Source: an uncultured Bacteroidota bacterium (GTDB taxonomy: Bacteria; Bacteroidota; Bacteroidia; Flavobacteriales; Flavobacteriaceae). Taken from it: 64,000 nt of DNA. The notes under the pieces are model-generated. The model was not told the origin of the DNA. It worked only from the letters and a program-made list of their open reading frames with translations, and did not search any database. This document shows, piece after piece, positions 50,352-58,710 of this stretch. The position numbers were made by a program, and so were the translations under genes. Where the stretch lies: positions 22,399-86,398 of the forward strand of contig CACNQM010000006.1 of assembly GCA_902622595.1 (NCBI GenBank), given 5' to 3'. Numbering within the stretch: position 1 is the stretch's first letter; each line of letters starts with the position of its first letter.

Positions 50352-52277
50352 TTAAAAATAATGTCTTTTAAATGATTCAATAGCAGCATAATCTGCTAGC
50401 CCCATCTTTTTATATTTTTCTGCAGTTTCATGGTTCCTTTCCTCAGCTCTAACCCAAAATTCTCTCAAATCATGTCCCTGAAACATTACACCATCTTTTT
50501 GAGTTTGATGAAAGAATATTGCTTTTCTTTTTCGAAGAACTTGAGCTGGACTCATAGGAACTGCCATATCAATATCGTGAATATCCCACTCTAACCATGC
50601 TCCTCTGTAAAGCCATAACCAGCAATCTTTAATGAAATTTTCACCTTTGAGTGAATCTAATGCATCAAAAACAATATCAAGACATACTTTGTGAGTGCCA
50701 TGAGGATCTTCAAGATCTCCTGCTGCATAAATTTGATGAGGTTTGATTTTTTTTATAAGTGATGCTGTTATTAAAATATCTTTTTTTGATGCTGGATTCT
50801 TTTTTATTCTTCCTGTTTCATAGAAAGGTAAATTCATGAAATGTGTGTTAGAATCTGGTATTCCGATATATCTGGTAGCTGAAATTGCCTCTCTTTTTCT
50901 GATTAAACTCTTAATTTTTCTTACATCTCTTGAATCAATTTTATCTGGTTTTTTATTTTTCAGTTCTTTGATTAATAAACTTACCTTTGGTTTGAGTTCA
51001 GCAGGAAACATATCATTTGATACCTCAATAAACTTTAATGCATCATGATCAGAAACTGCAACATTACCTGATGCCTGATATGCTATATGAACATCATGGC
51101 CTTGAGAAACCAACCTATCAAAAGTACCTCCCATAGAAATGACATCATCATCTGGATGTGGACTGAATATAATAACCCTCTTTGATTTGGGACCTTTTCT
51201 CTCAGGTCTAGTTGAATCATCAGCACCGGGCTTACCACCTGGCCAACCAGTTATCGTATTTTGAAAATGATTAAACATCTTTATGTTTAATCCATAAGCT
51301 GAACCCTCAAGAGCTAATAAGTCTGATAATCCATTTTTATTATAATCTTCATCGGTTAATTTTAAAATAGATTTTCCAGTAACATCACACAACCAAACAA
51401 TTGCTTTCCTTTTCATAAGATCTGACCAGTCACAGGGCCCGACTAGCCATGGTGTTTTAAACCTAGTTAGTTCGTTTGAACATTCTTTATCAAGTACTAA
51501 AGTTGAGTTCTTATGCTTCTGTAAATATGTTGCGGGAATAAGAGATGAAACATCACTCTCAACTGACTTTTTTACTATAAGACTCTTCTGTATTCCCCAT
51601 GCCATTATTATAACTCTCTTAGAATTAAAAATTGTTCTAACACCCATAGTAATTGCCTTTGAAGGGACATTTTCAATTCCATTAAAGCTTTTACTTGCAT
51701 CAAATCTAGTAGTATGGTCAAGTGTAATTAATCGAGTTTTGGAATTAAAATGAGATCCTGGTTCATTAAAGCCAATATGTCCGGTTCTCCCAATTCCTAG
51801 AAGTTGAATATCAATACCTCCACTTTCCTGTATTTTTTTTTCGTATTGTATGCAATATTTTTTAACCTGACTCTCTTTTATTTCACCCGAAGGAATATTT
51901 ATATTCTCAATAGGAATGTCTATATGATCGAATAAGTTTTCCTTCATAAAGTGATGATAACTATTTTTATCATCTTTATTAATTGGGAAATATTCATCTA
52001 GATTAAAAGCTATTACATTTTTAAAGCTTAATGATTCTTCTTTGTGAATTCTAATTATTTCTTGGTAAACTTTGGTTGGTGAAGAGCCAGTAGCAAATCC
52101 TATCACACAATTTTTATTTTTCTCTTGTTTAACTTTAACTAAGTCACAAATTTCTCTCGCAATTGAAACTGAACCCTCTTTAGAATTCTCAAAAGTAACA
52201 GTATGAAGTTTTTCGTATCTACTTACCTCATTGATCCCTGGGGATTGATACTTTAGATTTTTTTTGGTTGTCTTCAT
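50352..52277 (-). CDS. nagB: glucosamine-6-phosphate deaminase fused to an LmbE/PIG-L-type deacetylase domain
   Basis: 641 aa. The N-terminal half has GFATGSSP and LGIGRTGHIGFNEPG. The C-terminal half has FSPHPDDDVISMGGT (PIG-L zinc motif). Confidence 0.88.
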   Translation of the reverse strand: MKTTKKNLKYQSPGINEVSRYEKLHTVTFENSKEGSVSIAREICDLVKVKQEKNKNCVIGFATGSSPTKVYQEIIRIHKEESLSFKNVIAFNLDEYFPINKDDKNSYHHFMKENLFDHIDIPIENINIPSGEIKESQVKKYCIQYEKKIQESGGIDIQLLGIGRTGHIGFNEPGSHFNSKTRLITLDHTTRFDASKSFNGIENVPSKAITMGVRTIFNSKRVIIMAWGIQKSLIVKKSVESDVSSLIPATYLQKHKNSTLVLDKECSNELTRFKTPWLVGPCDWSDLMKRKAIVWLCDVTGKSILKLTDEDYNKNGLSDLLALEGSAYGLNIKMFNHFQNTITGWPGGKPGADDSTRPERKGPKSKRVIIFSPHPDDDVISMGGTFDRLVSQGHDVHIAYQASGNVAVSDHDALKFIEVSNDMFPAELKPKVSLLIKELKNKKPDKIDSRDVRKIKSLIRKREAISATRYIGIPDSNTHFMNLPFYETGRIKKNPASKKDILITASLIKKIKPHQIYAAGDLEDPHGTHKVCLDIVFDALDSLKGENFIKDCWLWLYRGAWLEWDIHDIDMAVPMSPAQVLRKRKAIFFHQTQKDGVMFQGHDLREFWVRAEERNHETAEKYKKMGLADYAAIESFKRHYF

Positions 52278-52295
52278 ATTTGTGCTATGAAATTA

Positions 52296-52303
52296 CAAAG
52301 TTA
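52296..52303 (-). promoter_or_regulatory. candidate -7 promoter box TAACTTTG upstream of nagB
   Basis: Exact TAnnTTTG on the minus strand, 18 nt before the nagB ATG. Confidence 0.4.
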
Positions 52304-52377
52304 ATAATGTTTTAGTCAATTTATAATTATGTTTTTTTAATTTTACATGATTGGAATAATTCGTCAAAAATCTTAGT

Positions 52378-53301
52378 ATGGATACAATAATAATAGGTAG
52401 TGGACCGGCAGGTTATACAGCAGCTATATATGCAGCAAGAGCAGATCTTAATCCAGTCATGTACACAGGACTAGAACCTGGAGGTCAATTAACAACAACA
52501 ACCGAAGTTGATAATTTTCCTGGTTATCCACAAGGGGTTGACGGTCCTACAATGATGAATGAGCTTAAAGAACAAGCAGAAAGGTTTGGTACAAAAGTTG
52601 AAATTGATTTTATATCAAAAGTGGATTTTTCAAAGGATAAAGGTGGAATACATAAGCTATACACTCAAAATGGTGACGAAATAAAATCTAAGACAGTCAT
52701 AATCACTACAGGTGCTTCAGCTAAATATCTGGGTTTACCTAGCGAACAAAGACTTATTGGAGGTGGAGTTTCAGCATGTGCAGTGTGTGATGGTTTTTTT
52801 TATAAAAATCAGGATGTCGCAATTGTTGGTGGAGGTGACACAGCAATAGAAGAGGCAACATATCTAGCAAAAATATGTAATAATGTAACCATGCTAGTAA
52901 GAAAAGATCATTTCAGAGCATCAAAAGCAATGCAAAATAGACTTTCCAATTATGACAATATAAAAGTGCTATTTAATCATGAAGTTATGGAGGTTATGGG
53001 TGAAAATGTTGTTGACGGTCTCAAAATTAAAAGTAACCTTACTAATGATGTTTCAGAATTAAAAATTACAGGTTTATTTATAGCTATTGGCCACTCACCA
53101 AACACTGATATTTTTAAAGGCATAGTTGACATGGATGACAGTGGATATATACTTACAGACAAAACTTCCACTAAAACTAATATTCCAGGAGTATTTGCAG
53201 CAGGAGATGTCCAAGACAAAGACTATCGTCAAGCTGTTACAGCTGCAGGAACTGGATGTATGGCAGCTCTTGATGCTGAAAGGTATTTACAAGAAATTTA
53301 A
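52378..53301 (+). CDS. trxB: thioredoxin-disulfide reductase
   Basis: 307 aa. GSGPAG, redox-active CAVCDG, and GGGDTA motifs. Confidence 0.95.
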   Translation: MDTIIIGSGPAGYTAAIYAARADLNPVMYTGLEPGGQLTTTTEVDNFPGYPQGVDGPTMMNELKEQAERFGTKVEIDFISKVDFSKDKGGIHKLYTQNGDEIKSKTVIITTGASAKYLGLPSEQRLIGGGVSACAVCDGFFYKNQDVAIVGGGDTAIEEATYLAKICNNVTMLVRKDHFRASKAMQNRLSNYDNIKVLFNHEVMEVMGENVVDGLKIKSNLTNDVSELKITGLFIAIGHSPNTDIFKGIVDMDDSGYILTDKTSTKTNIPGVFAAGDVQDKDYRQAVTAAGTGCMAALDAERYLQEI

Positions 53302-54413
53302 TTTCTTTTTGTTGCCTTTAGCCACCTTATTGGAATATTATCATTCAAAGCATCTTTGTAGTCCTCTTCTAAACATGGTAAAAAATTAGTAGCATTATTT
53401 TTTGAGGAATCGATTAATACCCACCACTTCTCAGAAATTTTGCTTTTAAAAAAGGTAATATCTCTACCTGAAGTTTGAACAATATACTTGTTAAAAGTCT
53501 GTGAATCATAAAAATCCGTCTCTAAAACTCTTTTATCTATTCCATCTATAAAATACCAAATGATCTCTGAATATAATTTATTAGCTATTAAATTATTGTT
53601 CAACTCAAATAATCCGAGAAAATTAGCTCTGTTACTTTGACCAGCATATTTGGAGAGGATACATGATAGCCTTGGATCAATTCCATTAGGATTTCCCTGA
53701 ATACTTAAAGATTTCATGTCAAAACCGACAATGTTAGCATTTCTAATTACAGGCTCTGCTTTTAAATTATTTTCAGTTATTTCACCCAATGAGATGTAGT
53801 CAAAAAATAATTTCTCCATTAAGTTTATTTCATCAATAGAACATAAATGTCTTTGAAATCCAATATTTGTGAAGTCATTTAACTTATTAGAATCATCAAA
53901 AATTATTTTATTCATATATGTTCTTCCAGATATTAAATCAGAGTCCTGATAGAGATCAAACTGATTATCTATAGAAACAATATTGATTTTTTCATTATGT
54001 GAATCATATGATTTAAAAATTGGATATATTATATCATTACTCCCACCTATAATCACTAGAATTATTTTTTTTGAAAGTAGTTCTTTACAAATATCATAAA
54101 GTGCATGATAGGAATCATCAACAGTCTCTCCATTTGGTAGATCACCAAGATCTGAAATTTTTATTTTCCAGTTTCCAAATTTTAATTTATATAATTCTTT
54201 TCGAATTGATTTTAAGTCTTGCTTTTTAGATTCAAAAAAAGAGTTCCTATCCTCTTGGATACCAACTAAACAGACATCGTATAACTCAGGATCAGGTAAC
54301 CCTTCAGACTCAGTATGAATTTTTATTTTATTGAAAAACGATCCTTGTAAATATTTTTCATCAAGATTATTGATAAAACTATTTTTAAGAGGTTTGAGCA
54401 GTTCAAGACTCAT
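53298..54413 (-). CDS. arginase/ureohydrolase-fold protein with degenerate metal site
   Basis: 371 aa. The fold landmarks align, but GGDHS reads GGSND, DAHxD reads DNQFD, and DxD reads DMK. The start overlaps the topA stop by 4 nt. Confidence 0.6.
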   Translation of the reverse strand: MSLELLKPLKNSFINNLDEKYLQGSFFNKIKIHTESEGLPDPELYDVCLVGIQEDRNSFFESKKQDLKSIRKELYKLKFGNWKIKISDLGDLPNGETVDDSYHALYDICKELLSKKIILVIIGGSNDIIYPIFKSYDSHNEKINIVSIDNQFDLYQDSDLISGRTYMNKIIFDDSNKLNDFTNIGFQRHLCSIDEINLMEKLFFDYISLGEITENNLKAEPVIRNANIVGFDMKSLSIQGNPNGIDPRLSCILSKYAGQSNRANFLGLFELNNNLIANKLYSEIIWYFIDGIDKRVLETDFYDSQTFNKYIVQTSGRDITFFKSKISEKWWVLIDSSKNNATNFLPCLEEDYKDALNDNIPIRWLKATKRN

Positions 54414-56860
54414 TTTTTCTTTTTAGGATTTAGATACTCTTTGGCAATATCTAATGTAATGGTTTTTGGATCTATTTCTTTTGGAATTTCTACTTTCTTT
54501 TTTCCTGATGAGATAATTGACCTCCCCCATCTACCTTTCTCAACTTTTATGCCCTCATCAACCCATTCTGAAACAAGCTTCTCTTTTTCTTTTTGTATTT
54601 TTAATTCAATAAGTTCTTCAATATCATTTTTTGATAAATTATCAAAATCGTAAGTTTTATTTACATTAATAAACATATCGTTCCATTTAATAAAAGGGCC
54701 AAACCTACCCTTACCTTTGGTAACAGGTTTCTCATTGTATGTATGAATAGGCTCCTCAGATTTTAATTTTTCATCGATTAATTCAATTGCTATGTTTAAA
54801 TCAACGGTATGAGGATCAATTCCATTTGGAATTGATATAGATTTAGTTGAAAACTTAATGTAAGGTCCATATCTTCCGTTGTTTACAGTCACAGTCTCAC
54901 CTTTGTGGCTTCCTATTTCTTTTGGAAATTTAAATAACTTAAGAGCCTCTTCAAGAGAGATTGTATCAAGTTGCTGATCTTTTGTTAAGCTTGCAAATAT
55001 TGGCTTTTCTTCTTCATCAATGGTTCCAATTTGAGCAATTGGTCCAAACTTTCCAAGCCTGACTTTAACAACTCTTCCAGAATTTGGATCAGATCCTAAA
55101 ATTTTTTCACCTGATTGTCTCTCTGCATTATCCTTGACCTCATTTACGTTTTCATGAAAATCACTATAAAATTGCTTAATAATATCAGTCCAATCCTGGT
55201 CTCCAGTTGCAATTTTATCAAAATTCTTTTCAACTTCTGCAGTAAACCCATAGTCTAAAATATTATTGAAATTATCAACTAAAAAATCATTAACAATCAT
55301 ACCAATATCAGTAGGGACAAGTTTTCCTTTATTCGAGCCTGTTTTTTCTTTTAATTGAGATTCTTTAATGCCATTTTTACTGAACTCTATTAAATTATAA
55401 TTTCTATCTAATCCCTCATTAACTCCTTTAGCTATATAGCCTCTATTTTGAATAGTTGAGATGGTAGTTGCATATGTAGCAGGCCTTCCAATACCTAGTT
55501 CTTCCAATTTTTTCACCAAAGAAGCCTCAGTGAATCTTGAGGGAGGTCTAGAAAAAGATTCCCTAGAGCTGATACTTAATAAGTTTAGATTTTCATTTAT
55601 AGATAGTGCTGGTAAAACACCTTTTTCTTCTTCAATTTCATCATCTGTCCCCTCGTTGTAAATTCTTAGAAAACCATCAAATTTTATTACCTCACCTCTT
55701 GCAACAAAGAATTCATTATAGGAATCTGATTTTATATTAACTACAGTTCTTTCAATTTGAGCATCAGACATTTGAGAGGAGATCGTTCTTTTCCAAATTA
55801 AGTGGTAAAGTCTTTGCTGATCATAATCAGATGTAATTTCCTCAATATTGATGTCAGTTGGCCTTACAGCTTCATGTGCTTCTTGAGCAGACTTATTCTT
55901 GTTTTTGTAATCTCTGAGATTAACATAATCTTCACCATATTTACTTTCTATCTTTTGAACTATAGATGACTTTGCTTCATTTGATATAGTAACACTATCA
56001 GTTCTCATATACGTTATAAGCCCAGCTTCATATAGCTTCTGAGCAGTTGACATTGTTCTAGTAACTCCAAACCCTAATTTCCTTGAAGCCTCTTGTTGAA
56101 GCGTAGAAGTAGTAAAAGGTGGAGTTGGGGACTTTTTTGCAGGTTTCTTATCGACAGAAGAGATATTAAAAATAGAATTATAATTATTTTCTAAGAAATT
56201 CTTTACTTCTTCAATGGAATTGTATTTTTCATTTAACTCAGCCTTTAGCTTAACACCCTGTTCATTTTCAAAAACTCCAATTAGTTTATATGAACTTTTT
56301 GATATAAAATTTTTAATTTCTCTTTCTTTTTCAACAATAAGTCTTACAGAAACAGATTGTACTCTTCCTGCTGACAATCCAGCCTTAACCTTTCTCCATA
56401 GAACAGGAGATAGTTCATAACCAACCAACCTATCAAGTACTCTTCTAGCTTGTTGAGCATTAACTAAATTAAAGTTTATGTCTCTTGGATTTTCAAGGGC
56501 ATTTAATATTGCATTCTTTGTTATTTCGTGAAATACAATTCTTTCATAATCTTTATTGGCTAAATCAAGATTTTCGTATAGATGCCATGCAATAGCTTCA
56601 CCCTCTCTATCTTCATCACTTGCTAACCAAACCTTGTCAGAGTTCTTAACATATTTTTTCAAGTCTCGAATTATTGGCTTCTTTTCAGTTGGTATTACAT
56701 ATTTAGGTTTAAAATCATTTTTAACATCAACTCCTAGCTCTTTAACTGGTAGGTCAGAAATATGACCAACACAGGAAACAACCATAAAATCTTGACCCAA
56801 AATTTTTTCAATTGTTTTAGCTTTTGTAGCAGATTCAACTATGACTAAATTTTTTGGCAT
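54410..56860 (-). CDS. topA: DNA topoisomerase I (type IA)
   Basis: 816 aa. Toprim (VESATKAKTI, LASDEDREGE) and active-site Tyr context GLITYMRTDS. Four cysteine-less C-terminal repeats (GKFGPIAQI, GRYGPYIKF, GRFGPFIKW, GRWGRSII). Confidence 0.95.
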   Translation of the reverse strand: MPKNLVIVESATKAKTIEKILGQDFMVVSCVGHISDLPVKELGVDVKNDFKPKYVIPTEKKPIIRDLKKYVKNSDKVWLASDEDREGEAIAWHLYENLDLANKDYERIVFHEITKNAILNALENPRDINFNLVNAQQARRVLDRLVGYELSPVLWRKVKAGLSAGRVQSVSVRLIVEKEREIKNFISKSSYKLIGVFENEQGVKLKAELNEKYNSIEEVKNFLENNYNSIFNISSVDKKPAKKSPTPPFTTSTLQQEASRKLGFGVTRTMSTAQKLYEAGLITYMRTDSVTISNEAKSSIVQKIESKYGEDYVNLRDYKNKNKSAQEAHEAVRPTDINIEEITSDYDQQRLYHLIWKRTISSQMSDAQIERTVVNIKSDSYNEFFVARGEVIKFDGFLRIYNEGTDDEIEEEKGVLPALSINENLNLLSISSRESFSRPPSRFTEASLVKKLEELGIGRPATYATTISTIQNRGYIAKGVNEGLDRNYNLIEFSKNGIKESQLKEKTGSNKGKLVPTDIGMIVNDFLVDNFNNILDYGFTAEVEKNFDKIATGDQDWTDIIKQFYSDFHENVNEVKDNAERQSGEKILGSDPNSGRVVKVRLGKFGPIAQIGTIDEEEKPIFASLTKDQQLDTISLEEALKLFKFPKEIGSHKGETVTVNNGRYGPYIKFSTKSISIPNGIDPHTVDLNIAIELIDEKLKSEEPIHTYNEKPVTKGKGRFGPFIKWNDMFINVNKTYDFDNLSKNDIEELIELKIQKEKEKLVSEWVDEGIKVEKGRWGRSIISSGKKKVEIPKEIDPKTITLDIAKEYLNPKKKK

Positions 56861-56981
56861 ATATAAAATTTGGCCCTAAATGTAAATAGATTTATTGTTA
56901 TGATTGAAAAAAAAATAAAAATTTTAAAATTTGTTTAACATAATTGCTATATAGTTTGAAAGAAACTAATTTTGAATAAAT

Positions 56982-58346
56982 ATGAAAGTTGAACAGATAT
57001 ATACTAAATGTTTATCTCAGGGTTCTTATTACATAGAGAGTAATAATGAAGTTGCTATTATTGACCCCATAAGAGAGATAGATTCCTACATAGAGAAGGC
57101 AAAAATTTCCGGTTCATCTATTAAATATATTTTTGAAACTCATATTCATGCAGATTTTATAAGTGGACATTTAAACTTAGCAAAAAAGACAGGGGCTAAC
57201 ATCATTTATGGTCCAAAAGCTAATACAAGTTTTAAAACCATAAATGCAAAAGACTATGAAGAGTTTAAACTAGGTGATGTGACTATTATTGCTATCCATA
57301 CACCTGGTCATACAATTGAAAGCACAACATATTTATTAAGAGATTCTGATAATGTAGATCATGCAATATTTACTGGTGATACATTATTTCTCGGTGATGT
57401 AGGCAGACCTGATCTTTCTCAAAAATCAACTCTTAGTAATAGGGATCTTGCCTCAATGCTATATGATAGTCTTAGAAATAAAATAATGACACTTGATGAT
57501 AATGTTATTGTATACCCTGGGCATGGTCAAGGAACTTCATGTGGTAAAGACTTAAGTTCAGAAACTGTTGGAAAACTTGGAGATCAAAAATTAACAAATT
57601 ATGCATTAAGAGAGAACATGACTAAAGATGAATTCGTGGATGAAGTTCTTGATGGGCTAGCTGAACCTCCAAAATACTTTCCCTATAATGTTCATTTAAA
57701 TAAAGAAGGATATTTAGAGCCACATTTAATTTTAAATAATTCTCTCAAACCACTTGATGTTAGCTATGTTGAAGAAATGAAGAATGATGTAACACTCCTA
57801 GACGTAAGAAATGAAGATGATTTTGCAAAGTCACATATACCTGGATCAATTTTTATTGGTTTAAAAGGGAGGTTTGCTCCATCGGCAGGTGAAATTCTAG
57901 AGGACATAAATCAGCCCATAATTTTAATAGCTCCTGATGGTAAAGAAGAAGAGGCGATATTAAGACTTTCTAGGGTTGGATTTGACAATATTAAAGGATA
58001 CTTATCAGGTGGAATTAATTCTTGGACTAAAGCAAATAAAAATGTTGAATCAATAGAAAACATTGAACCTGAAGATTTTGTGTCTCTCAATTCCAAGAAT
58101 GATTTAAATATTTTAGATGTCAGATCACAAAGCGAAAATAACTCAGGTTCTATTGAAGAGTCATTAAACATACCCTTGATAGATTTAAAAGATAAGATTC
58201 AAAGTATTGATGATAATGACAAACTATATATTCATTGTAAAGGTGGATACAGGAGTATGATTGCCTGCTCAATTCTTAATTCAAGATCAATAAAAAACAT
58301 TGTAAATATTAAAGGTGGATTTGATAAGATTTCAGCATCTTTATAA
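56982..58346 (+). CDS. MBL-fold hydrolase fused to two rhodanese domains (persulfide dioxygenase-like)
   Basis: 454 aa with THIHADF and HTPGHT. The first rhodanese domain has no active-site Cys. The second carries IHCKGGYRS. Confidence 0.85.
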   Translation: MKVEQIYTKCLSQGSYYIESNNEVAIIDPIREIDSYIEKAKISGSSIKYIFETHIHADFISGHLNLAKKTGANIIYGPKANTSFKTINAKDYEEFKLGDVTIIAIHTPGHTIESTTYLLRDSDNVDHAIFTGDTLFLGDVGRPDLSQKSTLSNRDLASMLYDSLRNKIMTLDDNVIVYPGHGQGTSCGKDLSSETVGKLGDQKLTNYALRENMTKDEFVDEVLDGLAEPPKYFPYNVHLNKEGYLEPHLILNNSLKPLDVSYVEEMKNDVTLLDVRNEDDFAKSHIPGSIFIGLKGRFAPSAGEILEDINQPIILIAPDGKEEEAILRLSRVGFDNIKGYLSGGINSWTKANKNVESIENIEPEDFVSLNSKNDLNILDVRSQSENNSGSIEESLNIPLIDLKDKIQSIDDNDKLYIHCKGGYRSMIACSILNSRSIKNIVNIKGGFDKISASL

Positions 58347-58390
58347 TATTTGAATGTTATTCTACAACAAGATTTTATCTTTTTTTGTAA

Positions 58391-58651
58391 TTTATAAATC
58401 AAAAAAATCAAAGTCGACAAGATCCTCTAAATTATGGAATTCGAATAAATAATAGAATCGCATTTTTGCTAGCAGATTCTCAAAGAGGAGATTATCCTCC
58501 TACTGATCAATCAAAAGAATTCTTTATTCAAGTAAAAGGAGAATTAGATTCAGAAGTAAGGAAATTAGATGCTCTGATTGATAAGCATTCGCAGAAAATT
58601 GAAAATTATTTAGAGGAAAATAAAATTGAGTTAATTTCTTTAAATAACTGA
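58391..58651 (+). pseudogene. probable C-terminal remnant of a large BNR/sortilin-like repeat protein
   Basis: An 86-codon open frame with no ATG (the track calls TTG at 58466). The translation ...DPLNYGIRINNRIAFLLADSQRGDYPPTDQSKEF...LDALI...ENYLEENKIELISL resembles, from memory, the tail of ~1000-aa flavobacterial BNR-repeat proteins. It lies in the largest non-coding gap of the window. Confidence 0.45.
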
Positions 58652-58710
58652 AAATTACTGACAAATTGGCATATTTTCAATTAATTATTTAATTTTATCA
58701 TCAAAATTAA

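Noticed and set aside
56982-58346. The MBL-fold / double-rhodanese fusion as a novel sulfur-handling system.
   Set aside because: The architecture (HxHxD MBL domain, then an inactive rhodanese, then an active rhodanese with CKGGYRS) matches the already described persulfide dioxygenase-rhodanese fusion type. There are no unusual partners nearby.
58667-58682. TGGCAT sequences upstream of miaB (58667..58672) and groES (62853..62858) as possible sigma-54 -24 elements for the adjacent bEBP.
   Set aside because: Neither is followed by the -12 GC at the required GG-N10-GC spacing (the sequences read ...CATATTTTCA-AT and ...CATAGTTTAT-GA).
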